Notes: generated by a model not told the origin, from the sequence alone. A stretch of DNA of 64,000 nt from an uncultured Candidatus Saccharibacteria bacterium (GCA_964626635.1 CAZVFY010000002.1:5300-69299), one strand, 5' to 3'; shown: positions 10,674 through 23,404, numbered from the stretch's first letter. Numbers and translations: made by a program.

Positions 10674-11471
10674 ATGACAATTCAACAACTATTTAATGCC
10701 GGGGCGCACTTTGGCTTCAAAAAAAGCCGTCGTCACCCTAGCGTCGCACCGTACGTGTTTACCACCAAAGACGGCAGTGACGTCATCGACCTCGAACAAA
10801 CTGCAGCCCAAATCGAGCGCGCCAAAGAAGTCCTCGATGCAGCCGGTAAAAATGGTCACGTCGTGCTATTTGTGGGCACCAAGGACGAATCGGCTCGCAT
10901 CGTACGTGACGCTGCCGAGCGTGCCGAAGCACCGTACGTTACCAATCGCTGGATTGGTGGAATGCTCACCAACTGGACCGAAATGAAAAAGCGAATTAAT
11001 CGCCTCGAAGTGCTGATCAACGAAAAAGATTCTGGTGAATTAGAGCGCAAATACACTAAAAAAGAACGAGTGGTTATCGGTCGCGAGACAGACAAGCTCA
11101 CCTTTAACTTTGGTGGCATCAAAGACATGCCTAAAACCCCTGACCTGATGGTGGTGGTCGACCCGCGCGCTGATCATATCGCGGTAGCTGAGGCAGCCGA
11201 AAAAAATATTCCCGTACTTGCGCTCATGGGGACTGATAACAATGCTGAACTTGTCAAGTACCCAGTAGTGGCCAATGATTCATTGACAGATTCGATCACT
11301 TTAATTTTGAGCGAATTACTAGACGCTTACAAAGCCGGTAAAGCGGCCTACGTCCCACCAAAGCCGGTTGAACAAACTGATCGTGGAGAGCGTATAGAAC
11401 GTCGCGAACGCCCAGCTCGCCCACGTGGTGAACGATCTGAACGCCCAGACCGGTCGACTCAAACTGACTAG
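10674..11471 (+). CDS. rpsB: 30S ribosomal protein S2
   Basis: AGAHFG, RWIGGMLTN, FGGIKDM. Confidence 0.96.
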   Translation: MTIQQLFNAGAHFGFKKSRRHPSVAPYVFTTKDGSDVIDLEQTAAQIERAKEVLDAAGKNGHVVLFVGTKDESARIVRDAAERAEAPYVTNRWIGGMLTNWTEMKKRINRLEVLINEKDSGELERKYTKKERVVIGRETDKLTFNFGGIKDMPKTPDLMVVVDPRADHIAVAEAAEKNIPVLALMGTDNNAELVKYPVVANDSLTDSITLILSELLDAYKAGKAAYVPPKPVEQTDRGERIERRERPARPRGERSERPDRSTQTD

Positions 11472-11510
11472 GGTATACTATAAATTACTTGATCTTTAAC
11501 GATATATCGT

Positions 11511-12095
11511 ATGGAAATTACTTCTGCGCAACTAAAAGAATTACGAGACAAAACTGGCATTTCAGTCATGCAATGCAAGCAAGCTCTGCAAGAGGCTGAG
11601 GGTGACATGGAGAAAGCGGTCATTATCCTCAAGAAAAAGCGCTCAGAAGCGGCCGATAAGAAATCAGACCGCGAACTCGGCGCCGGTGCGGTCGGTCACT
11701 ACGTTCACAATACTGGCGAAGTCGCGGCGATGGTCTTGCTCGCGTGCGAGACAGACTTTGTATCAAAGAACGAAGAGTTCGTTGCGCTCGCTCGTGACAT
11801 TGCGATGCATATAGCTGCGACCAGTCCACAATACATCAGCAAAGACCAGCTGCCGGCCGACGCGCTCGAGAAAGCGAAGGAAGTATTTGCCCCTGAACTA
11901 GAAGGCAAACCAGAAGAGATGAAAGAAAAGATCATGCAGGGCAAGCTCGACAGTTACTTCAAGGATCAAGTCTTGATGGAGCAGTCGTTTGTGAAGAACC
12001 CTGACACCACCATCGGAGAACTGGTAGCTGGCGGCATTCAGAAGTTTGGTGAGAATATGAGCATTGCTGATATGTCACGACTATCTGTAAAATAA
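11511..12095 (+). CDS. tsf: Elongation factor Ts (short form)
   Basis: LRDKTGISVMQCK, CETDFV, follows rpsB. Confidence 0.95.
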   Translation: MEITSAQLKELRDKTGISVMQCKQALQEAEGDMEKAVIILKKKRSEAADKKSDRELGAGAVGHYVHNTGEVAAMVLLACETDFVSKNEEFVALARDIAMHIAATSPQYISKDQLPADALEKAKEVFAPELEGKPEEMKEKIMQGKLDSYFKDQVLMEQSFVKNPDTTIGELVAGGIQKFGENMSIADMSRLSVK

Positions 12096-12099
12096 CCGT

Positions 12100-12477
12100 A
12101 TGAGTGAACTGCTAGTTCCAGCAGTTGCGAGCAGCGTACTGGTGGCGCTGTTTGTCGTTTTCGCCAGCTTGGTGCATCGCGAACGCACGCTCGGTCGTCG
12201 AGTGTTGCTGGGTGCTTTCCGTGCCCGCCTAGACGTGGCGGTACAGAGCGCCGGACGAATAAAGTTAGCGCTGCGCACCCATGTGCGGAAATGGGTGCAG
12301 AGTGTTGCGAAGACTCGCCGCGCGCCGGGCCATTCTATTACTCGCCGTCCGGGGCTCGGCTCGGTACCTACCAACACTTCTAGCCTGGCGGATGTCCGCG
12401 CCCATCGCCGGCAGACCGCCCTCACACCCGCCGAACGAGCTGAGCGCAAACGTCGTTCGGTCGAGGAGTGGAGCTAG
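12100..12477 (+). CDS. Hypothetical small membrane-anchored basic protein
   Basis: ORF directly after tsf with N-terminal TM helix. Confidence 0.6.
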   Translation: MSELLVPAVASSVLVALFVVFASLVHRERTLGRRVLLGAFRARLDVAVQSAGRIKLALRTHVRKWVQSVAKTRRAPGHSITRRPGLGSVPTNTSSLADVRAHRRQTALTPAERAERKRRSVEEWS

Positions 12478-12536
12478 GATGCACTAATCGCACCCAATGA
12501 TGTCAGAAATGTGATCCTAATTCGTCACCATTACTG

Positions 12537-14300
12537 ATGACTCAAAAAATTTCTCAAACTACTGAATTACCAAGAACGCCGATAGCGTTCTTTTGGTATA
12601 TCAGTAAACCATACAAATGGATAATAGTGGCTGCTGTTGTACTAGTTACTATAGCTGCCGCTGGTAGTGTAGGAACTAGATTCCTCATCGAATTCTTAGT
12701 TACGGCGATTGAAGACCGAGATAATTATCGCGTAATGGTGCTAGCAATGCTATACCCGACTATTTTCTTTGGATTCGCTATGCTGTGGAGAATTTCTAGT
12801 GTTGTGGCCCAGAATTGGTTGCTGGGTGCACCAAAACAAACTGTTGATCGCTTGATGTCTTATACAAATAAGCATAGTCATAGCTATTTTGCGAATCGAT
12901 TCGCAGGTTCGCTTAGTAACAAGATCTCAAATGTCTCCAGCGCTATGGAAGAATTTGTTGGTTTATTTCTATGGGATTATTTAGAACAATTCATCCCTGT
13001 GCTCTTGACGGGTGTAATCTTTCTTTATACTGATGTCCTAGTCGGGGGTCTATATTTTGCGTTAATCGTCTCAAGCATAATTCTGAATTTATGGTTAATG
13101 AAGCGTAAACGGATCTACTCGCTCGCTCTAGCAAATGCCCAATCAAAAACTACTGGTTTAGTAGTGGATGTGATGAGTAATGTGCAAGCAGTTAGGCAGT
13201 ACGTGCGCAGTACTGATGAGTATCAAAGCGTTGCGAAACAAACCGAAGATGTTAGAACCAAGGGGCGAAGATCTTTTTTGTATTCAGAATATATGATGTT
13301 CGCAAACTCACTATTATTTACAGTGTTTGCAGTGGGTATGTTCAGTGTGATGGTGCAAAATTGGATTACAGAAGAAGTTACATCTGGTCGTTTGTTAAGC
13401 TTTATTTTACTATTAACGTACACATCAGGGACAGTACTTTCACTCGGGCGGGTAATCAGTCGCACCGCTAAAGTGTATGGACGAGCCGAAGAAGGTTTAC
13501 AAGAAGTTCTCGTCGATCACGAAGTTATCGACGCACCTGACGCAAAAGCATTGCGAGTCTCAAGCGGTGCACTTGATATATGCGCTCTCACATTTGCCTA
13601 CCAAGAAAAAGATATTTTCACTGACCTCACACTAGACATCCCACCTGGCCAGCGTGTCGGTCTGGTCGGACCATCCGGGGCGGGGAAGTCGACGTTTGTA
13701 TCGCTACTCTTGCGTCAGCATGATCTGAATGGGGGATCGATCGAGATTGATGGACAAAATATTGCCGAGGTGACGCAAGACAGTTTGCGTCAAAATATCG
13801 CGTTTGTGCCCCAAGAACCAATGCTCTTTCACCGCTCCATCCGCGAGAACATTTTGTACGGCAAGCTAGACGCCAGCGAGGCCGAAATGATTGAGGCAGC
13901 CATGCGCGCGAACGCGCATGACTTTATCATCGAGCTACCCGACGGCTACGACACCCTGGTGGGTGAGCGCGGCGTCAAATTGTCTGGCGGGCAAAAGCAG
14001 CGTGTCGCGATCGCCCGCGCGATGCTAAAACAAGCGCCAATTCTAATCCTCGACGAGGCGACCAGCGCACTTGATAGCGAATCGGAGTCGCTGATTCAAT
14101 CCGCGCTCGAGGAACTGATGGAAGGCAAAACGGTCTTAGCAATCGCGCATCGTCTATCGACCCTGCGAAAGATGGATCGTATTTTAGTGTTCGAAAACGG
14201 GCGAATCATTGAAGACGGCACGCACGCAGAACTGACCAAAGCCAGCGGCACCTACAGCCGTTTGTGGAAACATCAGTCGGGCGGGTTTTTAGTTGAATAA
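12537..14300 (+). CDS. ABC exporter, fused permease/ATPase (MsbA/MdlB-like)
   Basis: About 6 TM helices, GPSGAGKS, LSGGQ, LILDEATSALD, IAHRLST. Confidence 0.93.
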   Translation: MTQKISQTTELPRTPIAFFWYISKPYKWIIVAAVVLVTIAAAGSVGTRFLIEFLVTAIEDRDNYRVMVLAMLYPTIFFGFAMLWRISSVVAQNWLLGAPKQTVDRLMSYTNKHSHSYFANRFAGSLSNKISNVSSAMEEFVGLFLWDYLEQFIPVLLTGVIFLYTDVLVGGLYFALIVSSIILNLWLMKRKRIYSLALANAQSKTTGLVVDVMSNVQAVRQYVRSTDEYQSVAKQTEDVRTKGRRSFLYSEYMMFANSLLFTVFAVGMFSVMVQNWITEEVTSGRLLSFILLLTYTSGTVLSLGRVISRTAKVYGRAEEGLQEVLVDHEVIDAPDAKALRVSSGALDICALTFAYQEKDIFTDLTLDIPPGQRVGLVGPSGAGKSTFVSLLLRQHDLNGGSIEIDGQNIAEVTQDSLRQNIAFVPQEPMLFHRSIRENILYGKLDASEAEMIEAAMRANAHDFIIELPDGYDTLVGERGVKLSGGQKQRVAIARAMLKQAPILILDEATSALDSESESLIQSALEELMEGKTVLAIAHRLSTLRKMDRILVFENGRIIEDGTHAELTKASGTYSRLWKHQSGGFLVE

Positions 14301-14361
14301 GACTGGTCAAACCTTTCAAACTTTGTTACCATCATGGCCACTTAGGAACACCTTCCTATTC

Positions 14362-14435
14362 GCCACCTTAGCTCAGTTGGCTAGAGCAACGGATTTGTAA
14401 CCCGTAGGTCGTCAGTTCGAATCTGACAGGTGGCT
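14362..14435 (+). tRNA. tRNA-Thr(TGT), CCA not encoded
   Basis: Acceptor GCCACCT/AGGTGGC, D arm GCTC/GAGC, anticodon loop TT-TGT-AA, T arm GTCAG-TTCGAAT-CTGAC. Confidence 0.92.
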
Positions 14436-14468
14436 CAGTTGGATAGAGTTTGAAACACTGTTTCAAAA

Positions 14469-14523
14469 GATTTGTAACGCACGCTTCGCTCAGGTCGTCA
14501 GTTCGAATCTGACAGGTGGCTCA
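14469..14523 (+). repeat. Duplicated 3' half of tRNA-Thr (att-like remnant)
   Basis: 14492-14523 identical to 14406-14437 (32 bp); gatttgtaac repeated at 14469 and 14392. Confidence 0.85.
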
Positions 14524-14574
14524 CATTCCACCCTTTATTTTCCAGCAAAATAAAGCTATACTCGACCCTAACTC

Positions 14575-16164
14575 ATGCAGTCTATCCCCGAGGCAGAACT
14601 ATTACCCTACGCGCGACGCGAGGATTTTAAGGTTGGTAAAGCCTCTGAACTCACTGGCCGCGATCGGCGTTTTTATCGGTTTTTGGAAATTGTGCCCGGC
14701 CTCGCTTCATGGGGAGCGCTGATTGGGATTGTGTTGGCGTCAATTTACGCGTCGTTCTTTGCGGCGTATTTTATTATTGCATTCGCGATTTACTGGGTAC
14801 TGAAAACAATCTTTTTGTCGTATCACGTGCGCTACAACTGGAAACGCTTGCGTCACCATATGAAGCTTGATTGGCGACAGCTAGTTAGCAAATACGAGTA
14901 CGACCACTTGCAGCACCTCGTTGTATTTCCCTACTACAAAGAACCGCGCGCCGTGCTAGTCGAAGCCTTGGAGGGCTTGCGGGCGGCGCATTATAATCCA
15001 CAGAAACTGATCGTTGTCTTAGCGGCCGAGGAACGCGCCGGTGCCGAGCAGGTGACGTTAGGCGAGTCATTAGTACAAGAGTACGCTGGTACGTTCGGCA
15101 GCCTAACGCTCACGGTGCATCCGGATGATGTGCCAGGCGAGATTGCTGGCAAGGGCTCGAACGTACACCACGCACTACACCAGGTTCGCGAAGAGATTAT
15201 CGACCCGCGCCAAATCGGCTACCGCGATATCCTCGTATCTATATTTGATGTTGATACCGTGGTGTACCCCGACTACTTTAACTGTTTGGTCTGGCATTTT
15301 ATGAACGCCGAGCATCCGTTCAAAAGCGCGTTTCAGCCGGTGCCACTATTTACTAATAATTTGTGGGAGGCACCGGCGGTTTCGCGTGTGATGGCAATGT
15401 CGAGTACATTCTGGCAAATGATTATGCAGGAGCGACCCGACAAGGCCGCAACGTTCTCGTCTCATTCAGTTAGTTTTCAGTCGCTGTACGAAATTGGCTA
15501 TGGCCAGGCCAACGTGGTCAGTGAAGACTCGCGAATTTACTGGAACCTGTACATCGCAAATGATGGAGATTTTCATATCGTGCCGCTTTCGTACCCGATT
15601 GCCATGGACGCCACAACAGCGCCGACGTTGTGGGGAACGATCATTAATATTTACCGCCAGCACCGTCGCTGGACGTACGGCGTCGAAAACTGGTGTTACA
15701 TCGTCTACCACTTTACCAAGAACAAAGCGATTCCACTGCGCAAGCGCCTAGCGGTTGGGTTCATGTCCGGTGAGGGTTACTGGGCGTTGGTGACGAATCC
15801 AATCATGTTGTTTATCCTCGGGTGGGCACCGATTTTCCTCGGCACACAAGAATTTCACCAAACGGTACTATCGTACGAACTGCCAATTCTGGTGCGGAAT
15901 ATGTTGACATTTGCTATGATCGGGTTAGTGGTGTCTGCAATCATCTCGTTGTCTCTCACCCCGCCACGGCCGGCTGGACACAGTCGGTTCAAGTACATCG
16001 TCATGGCGTTGCAGTGGATCATGGTGCCTTTGACCATGATCGTGTTTAGTGCGATTCCAGGGCTTGATGCGCAGACGCGATTGATGCTCGGTCGGTACAT
16101 GGGGTTCTGGGTCACACCCAAACGCAGCAATGTAAAAGCGATCACGCGTCGCGCCATAGCCTAA
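14575..16164 (+). CDS. Processive-type family 2 glycosyltransferase, polytopic membrane protein
   Basis: GKGSN, FDVD, SED and QHRRW (D,DxD,D,QxxRW pattern) with flanking TM helices. Confidence 0.85.
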   Translation: MQSIPEAELLPYARREDFKVGKASELTGRDRRFYRFLEIVPGLASWGALIGIVLASIYASFFAAYFIIAFAIYWVLKTIFLSYHVRYNWKRLRHHMKLDWRQLVSKYEYDHLQHLVVFPYYKEPRAVLVEALEGLRAAHYNPQKLIVVLAAEERAGAEQVTLGESLVQEYAGTFGSLTLTVHPDDVPGEIAGKGSNVHHALHQVREEIIDPRQIGYRDILVSIFDVDTVVYPDYFNCLVWHFMNAEHPFKSAFQPVPLFTNNLWEAPAVSRVMAMSSTFWQMIMQERPDKAATFSSHSVSFQSLYEIGYGQANVVSEDSRIYWNLYIANDGDFHIVPLSYPIAMDATTAPTLWGTIINIYRQHRRWTYGVENWCYIVYHFTKNKAIPLRKRLAVGFMSGEGYWALVTNPIMLFILGWAPIFLGTQEFHQTVLSYELPILVRNMLTFAMIGLVVSAIISLSLTPPRPAGHSRFKYIVMALQWIMVPLTMIVFSAIPGLDAQTRLMLGRYMGFWVTPKRSNVKAITRRAIA

Positions 16165-16195
16165 TGGCGCAGGCCGTGCTAGGAGTTTAGTAATT

Positions 16196-17350
16196 ATGCC
16201 TCAGGAACCTCAAATTAAGGCTCTCTCAAATCGCGAACGCACCTGGTTATTCTGGTTGTTGTTCGCAGTGTTTTTGGTGTCATTGCCAGCGGTGATTTTC
16301 TATACAACGGGTTATCGCCTGCAGTTTACCGAAGACGCGACTGAGATTGTGACCACCGGGGGGTTGTACGTCGACACTGACCTCGATGAGGTTCAGGTGT
16401 ACTTGAATGAAGATGCGTTTCTGCGTCCACGGCTATTTCGCAATGCGTACTATTTGCAGAATGTGCCCGAAGGTGTACACCGGGTGGTTGTTCAAGCGCC
16501 AGGCTTGCACACCTGGGTTAAGGAGCTACCAGTTAGTCCCCGGATCGTGACCGAAGCGCGCGCATTCAATGTACCGGTCGAGCCACAACTACGACCAATT
16601 ACTCGCTTCGAAACCGCAGACAATATTCCAGTCTACCGCGCCGCGTCGTCTACCCTCTGGGGGGTCGCTACTGCCACCGAGCCGTTTCTTACTGCTACGA
16701 CCACTGCCACTACCAGTTTAGTACGGAATCCTGAGTTTATATTTGTCGACGCATTATTTGCGAGCACTTCCAGTACCAGTGTCTCAGTATTTGCGGATAA
16801 CGATGCTTTTCGATTCATGACTCCTCGAGAAAGAGCCCGAGCGACCACTACTTCGCGGCGTGTTGTTAGTAACGACATTGAGTTACTTGACACTCAGAAC
16901 GAAGTGTTTGCCGTCTGGCTCGGGCCCCGTCACGATATACCGCACTACTACTGTGTGTCAAATGGCACCGCGTCTAGCACAGCTGCCAAGTATGGGCAGC
17001 ACGTGGCAGACCAAATCGAGGCACTGAATGCGGCTAGCATCAGCACCACCAGCAACACCAGTGTCGGGCAAGTATTTAACAAGCGCGACCAAACCTGCCG
17101 ATCAGCGATCCAGTTGAATCGCTTACGCCAAGACGTGTATTGGTATGGGTTCATGCCCGGATCTAACGATGAAGTCTTGTTACATCTAGAGGACGGGTTG
17201 TACGTGACAGAAATTGACGATCGGGCGTGGCAGAATACGCAGCCACTTTTACCAATCAGTGACGTCCGGGTACTGGTAGAAAACGGCATCATTTATGTGT
17301 TACACCGAGGCTTTTTGTTTGAACTCGTGCCAACCCTAGCTGACTCATAA
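16196..17350 (+). CDS. Membrane-anchored protein with PEGA-like domain
   Basis: N-terminal TM then YTTGYR..TGGLYVDT..VYLN..G.HRVVV..PG..TWVKEL.V pattern. Confidence 0.6.
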   Translation: MPQEPQIKALSNRERTWLFWLLFAVFLVSLPAVIFYTTGYRLQFTEDATEIVTTGGLYVDTDLDEVQVYLNEDAFLRPRLFRNAYYLQNVPEGVHRVVVQAPGLHTWVKELPVSPRIVTEARAFNVPVEPQLRPITRFETADNIPVYRAASSTLWGVATATEPFLTATTTATTSLVRNPEFIFVDALFASTSSTSVSVFADNDAFRFMTPRERARATTTSRRVVSNDIELLDTQNEVFAVWLGPRHDIPHYYCVSNGTASSTAAKYGQHVADQIEALNAASISTTSNTSVGQVFNKRDQTCRSAIQLNRLRQDVYWYGFMPGSNDEVLLHLEDGLYVTEIDDRAWQNTQPLLPISDVRVLVENGIIYVLHRGFLFELVPTLADS

Positions 17351-17372
17351 TGTGTGGTACACTCGCTATCGT

Positions 17373-18092
17373 ATGCAACGACCCGGACACCAACACCCTA
17401 TTACTGCAATGATTAATGAGATCAACGCGATCTTTGCCGAGATCGGTTTTACGTTTGCCGATGGTCCAGAGGCTGAAACCGAGCGATATAACTTTGACTT
17501 ACTCAACGTCCCAAAGGACCACCCGAGCCGCGACATGCAGGATACATTCTGGTTTAAAGACAAAGATGTAAGTGAGCCAACAGTCTTACGCACGCACACT
17601 AGCCCCGTCCAGGCGCGTACGCTAGAGGCGGAGGGTGCGCCGTGTAAAGTGATCGTACCGGGCAAAGTCTTTCGTAACGAAGCTACTGACGCGACGCACG
17701 AAGCACAGTTTTATCAACTTGAAGGCTTACACGTTGACCGTGGTGTGCACCTCGGACACCTTAAAGGGACGCTTGAGTATTTCTTCTCGAAGTTTTTCGA
17801 CGGTGCGACCGAAGTCCGCTTTCGCCCAAGCTTTTTTCCGTTTGTTGAGCCGGGCGTCGAGGTCGACATGAAACTCCTCGAAGGCGATAGCAAACTAGCG
17901 GGCAAGTGGATCGAAGTCATGGGCGCTGGTATGGTACATCCGAATGTGCTGCGTGACACCGGTGTCGACCCGGACGAATTCAGCGGCTACGCGTTCGGGA
18001 TGGGGATCGACCGCCTTGGCGTGATGAAGTATGGCGTTGAGGATGTACGTGATTATTACACTGGGGACTTGCGGTTCGTGACGCAATTTTAG
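17373..18092 (+). CDS. pheS: Phenylalanine-tRNA ligase alpha subunit (lacks N-terminal coiled coil)
   Basis: HPSRDMQDTF, LRTHTSPVQ, FRPSFFPFVEP, AFGMGIDR. Confidence 0.96.
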   Translation: MQRPGHQHPITAMINEINAIFAEIGFTFADGPEAETERYNFDLLNVPKDHPSRDMQDTFWFKDKDVSEPTVLRTHTSPVQARTLEAEGAPCKVIVPGKVFRNEATDATHEAQFYQLEGLHVDRGVHLGHLKGTLEYFFSKFFDGATEVRFRPSFFPFVEPGVEVDMKLLEGDSKLAGKWIEVMGAGMVHPNVLRDTGVDPDEFSGYAFGMGIDRLGVMKYGVEDVRDYYTGDLRFVTQF

Positions 18093-18104
18093 TCTGAATT
18101 TGAT

Positions 18105-20054
18105 ATGAACGTAAATTACAACTGGCTAAAAGAATACGTAGGGGACGCCATACCGCCCGCGGAAGAGGTAGCTGAACTGCTGACTAAACACGCGTTCGAG
18201 ATCGAAGGCGTCGAGGAAGTAGCGGGCCAGACCGTCATTGACGTGGATGTGCTCCCTAACCGGGCGTCTGACTGTCTCTGTCATCGGGGAATCGCGCGCG
18301 AGCTGGCGTCTATTTTGAATGTGCCACTCGCGCATGATCCACTTGCCGCTGCACCTGCGCTTACCCTGCTATCCGACGATCAGCAGATCTCGGTCGACAT
18401 TGCCGAGCCTGACGCTTGCTCGCGCTTTAGCGCATCGCTCATCACTGGCGTGACAGTCGGTGAGTCACCCGACTGGCTGAAAATCCGCCTCGAGTCCCTT
18501 GGTCAGCGCTCGATCAACAACATCGTCGACGCGACGAACTATGTGATGTACGCCATTGGGCAACCACTGCATGCGTACGACGCCGATCTGTTCCCGCAGG
18601 TCGACGGCGCGTGGCGGATAGCTGTACGCTACGCCCGCCCGGGCGAAATTGTCGAGATCCTACCCGAAGGCGGCAGCGATGAACCGCGCCAGGTTGAGTG
18701 TCTTGGCACGGAACTTTTAATTGTTGACCAATCAAGCGACACTCCGATCGGCCTGGCTGGTGTCAAAGGCGGACAGTTCGCCGGCGTGCGCGCGGGGACG
18801 ACCCGTATCATCATCGAAGCCGCGAACTTTGACCCTATCGTGACCCGTAAAACCGCGCGACGTCTGGGGATCGTGATCGACGCCAGCAAGCGCTTCGAGA
18901 ACGATTTGCCAAACGAGCTTGCGCCGTATGCGCAACGCGACATCATCAGTCTGATCACAGACATCGCCGGTGGCACGTACATCGGTACGGTCGATCAGCT
19001 CGTAATAGAGCGCCTAAACCCTGCGGTTGATGTGCGAGTAAGTCGTGCAAATAAACTGTTGGGGTTAACACTGTCACAACAGCAAGTCGCCGATATTATT
19101 GAGCGTACTGGCAGTGAGGTATTTGATGAGACTGAGGCCAATATTGTTACATGTATTGGTCCCTGGGAACGCACTGATCTTAATATTGAAGAAGATTTTA
19201 TCGAAGAAGTTGGACGATTGTATGGGCTCGACCAAATCCAGTTAGTCGCCCCGACCACAGACACTCACGCTGCTGTCAATAAACACCAATACTACGCCGA
19301 AGGTGTGCGTCAAGCACTTTTGGCCGCTGGCGCGAGCGAAGTAATCACCAGCAGCTTCCAAAAGAAAGATCAGATCCAACTGCGCAATGCCCTCGCGAGC
19401 GACAAATCCTACGTCCGCAGTACGCTGCGCAAAAACATGTCGCGCGTCCTTGACCAGAACTTTGTGCATGGTGACTTGCTCGGTGTCCCGCGTATCGCCG
19501 CGTTCGAAATCGGAACGGTGTTCGACAAAGGAGAGGGAGCGGTGGGCGAGCACACATCGCTATGTATCGGTGTCCGCGGCAAGGGTAGTGGTCACACCCC
19601 AAAGGACGATAAAGAATTAACTAGGCTCACGACAGTCGTCGCAGATGCCCTCGGTGTGACGCCCGAGTGGCAGATCGAACAGGGTGTCGCCGAAGTGGAC
19701 TTTGGTGCACTCATTGCTACTCTTCCTACACCAAATCAATACAACGCATTTATAAAAAATGACGTCAAGACTTTCCGACCAATTTCGCAATTCCCGGCTG
19801 TCTCACGTGACATTGCCTTATGGGTGCCAGCCGATATCACATCGACACAAGTCGAGGCGCTGTTGCGAGCATCAGTCACTGATTTGTGTGTTCGTATCGA
19901 CCTATTCGATGAGTTTACCAAGGAGGGCAGGACGTCGTACGCCTTTCGCTTAGTGTTTCTCTCTCATCAAAAAACACTCACCGACGGTGAGGTACACACA
20001 ATTATGGACCGCGTGTACGCTGCTATCAGCGAGCAGGGGTGGGAGGTGCGGTAA
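18105..20054 (+). CDS. pheT: Phenylalanine-tRNA ligase beta subunit (short form)
   Basis: PNRASDCL, INNIVDATNYV, ASKRFE, RDIAL anticodon-binding domain. Confidence 0.94.
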   Translation: MNVNYNWLKEYVGDAIPPAEEVAELLTKHAFEIEGVEEVAGQTVIDVDVLPNRASDCLCHRGIARELASILNVPLAHDPLAAAPALTLLSDDQQISVDIAEPDACSRFSASLITGVTVGESPDWLKIRLESLGQRSINNIVDATNYVMYAIGQPLHAYDADLFPQVDGAWRIAVRYARPGEIVEILPEGGSDEPRQVECLGTELLIVDQSSDTPIGLAGVKGGQFAGVRAGTTRIIIEAANFDPIVTRKTARRLGIVIDASKRFENDLPNELAPYAQRDIISLITDIAGGTYIGTVDQLVIERLNPAVDVRVSRANKLLGLTLSQQQVADIIERTGSEVFDETEANIVTCIGPWERTDLNIEEDFIEEVGRLYGLDQIQLVAPTTDTHAAVNKHQYYAEGVRQALLAAGASEVITSSFQKKDQIQLRNALASDKSYVRSTLRKNMSRVLDQNFVHGDLLGVPRIAAFEIGTVFDKGEGAVGEHTSLCIGVRGKGSGHTPKDDKELTRLTTVVADALGVTPEWQIEQGVAEVDFGALIATLPTPNQYNAFIKNDVKTFRPISQFPAVSRDIALWVPADITSTQVEALLRASVTDLCVRIDLFDEFTKEGRTSYAFRLVFLSHQKTLTDGEVHTIMDRVYAAISEQGWEVR

Positions 20055-20087
20055 CGCAAATAATGGTATACTACCGAGGTTATTTAA

Positions 20088-22181
<2,094 letters not shown>

Positions 22182-22191
22182 CACAATGGCG

Positions 22192-22235
22192 ACAACACAA
22201 AAGCCCCGGCACGAGTACCGGGGCTTTTGTGTTGT
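22192..22235. terminator. Bidirectional intrinsic terminator
   Basis: acaacacaaaagccccgg-cacgagta-ccggggcttttgtgttgt between convergent genes. Confidence 0.8.
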
Positions 22236-22241
22236 AGGCTA

Positions 22242-23285
22242 TTAGCGGACTACTTGAGTGAATGAGTCGTTGTTATCAAACAAGTCTTCGTCTGTAGCAG
22301 TGGTGACCGTTACCGTGAACGGTGTTGCAGTCCGGTCAAAACCGAGGCTAATCACTGCCCGCTCGTTCGGCTTGAGTGGATCTTGAGCAGGTGAGCGGTA
22401 AGTTGTACCGTCAGGTAGTGACGCGACGTATGTCCAGATATCTGAGGTTTTACTACCAAAGTTTTGAACAGCAAACTGCACAGCGTCAGGATTGTTGCGT
22501 TCGATAGTTGCGGGTACGAATGTGCGATTGATGATTGTTCCCACACTACCATAGCTGGCGGCCAGATCTACGAACCCTGCTGGGTTCGAGACTGGAATGC
22601 TAAATTCGAACTGCTGTGTAACGGACGGTGCGGTAAGGGCAATATTGTCAGTTGCAGGTACCTCTATCGCTCCATCATCTGCGGCTACCTCGTTAGTGTC
22701 GTCGTTTGTAGTCGCGTTAGAAGCTTCACCATTTGTACCAATATTGTCTGTGATATTTGTATTCATGACCGTGAATACACCACTCCCCTCGGCGCTCACG
22801 TCAGATGAATCAGTGCCAACAAATCCAATTTTGTATTGTACGTCGGTGTAACGACTTTCGGTTGATTCGGCTATGAGGCTGACCTGGTTGACGGCGCCTA
22901 TATTATAATCAGTGTTACAGTCGATTTCAAAAAGGCCGTCTTGGCTGTCATGGCTCAAGGTAATACCAGGATCACAAGCGTAGACGAACACATACTCGCC
23001 ATTAGGTTCAGCGTCCCAACTGATTACTACAGACTCCCCATTCTCTAGAATGGTGGTGTCAGTAGCGACGGCAATTGGCAATACTGGATCTGGTTCAAGG
23101 TCAGCGGTTGGTTCTTGTGAGTTATTTACGCCACTGGTGATTGATGCGAGCGAACCGAGGGCGTTTGGCATACCGCCGATAAAACGCATGGCAAACCATG
23201 CCACGGCTAAAATTATGAAAAGAACGCTAATAAGGATGGCTGCCTTAACGATAGGCGAGCGCTTTGATGTATTGGTATCACTCAT
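22242..23285 (-). CDS. Hypothetical membrane-anchored extracellular protein (Ig/CARDB-like C-terminus)
   Basis: N-terminal TM, acidic Thr-rich beta-strand ectodomain, V.F.VQN.G motif. Confidence 0.65.
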   Translation of the reverse strand: MSDTNTSKRSPIVKAAILISVLFIILAVAWFAMRFIGGMPNALGSLASITSGVNNSQEPTADLEPDPVLPIAVATDTTILENGESVVISWDAEPNGEYVFVYACDPGITLSHDSQDGLFEIDCNTDYNIGAVNQVSLIAESTESRYTDVQYKIGFVGTDSSDVSAEGSGVFTVMNTNITDNIGTNGEASNATTNDDTNEVAADDGAIEVPATDNIALTAPSVTQQFEFSIPVSNPAGFVDLAASYGSVGTIINRTFVPATIERNNPDAVQFAVQNFGSKTSDIWTYVASLPDGTTYRSPAQDPLKPNERAVISLGFDRTATPFTVTVTTATDEDLFDNNDSFTQVVR

Positions 23286-23404
23286 ATAAAATTATATTAG
23301 CATGGATTATAAATAAGTCAAGTTTGATGTAATCATAATTACAGTAGTTCAAGGTCTTCAACTCTATCTAAATGCACTGTAAATGATGCCTCAGACAAAA
23401 ACTA

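Noticed and set aside
14469-14523. Second functional tRNA or intron-containing tRNA
   Set aside because: No 5' acceptor strand or D arm for the second copy; the first copy is already complete
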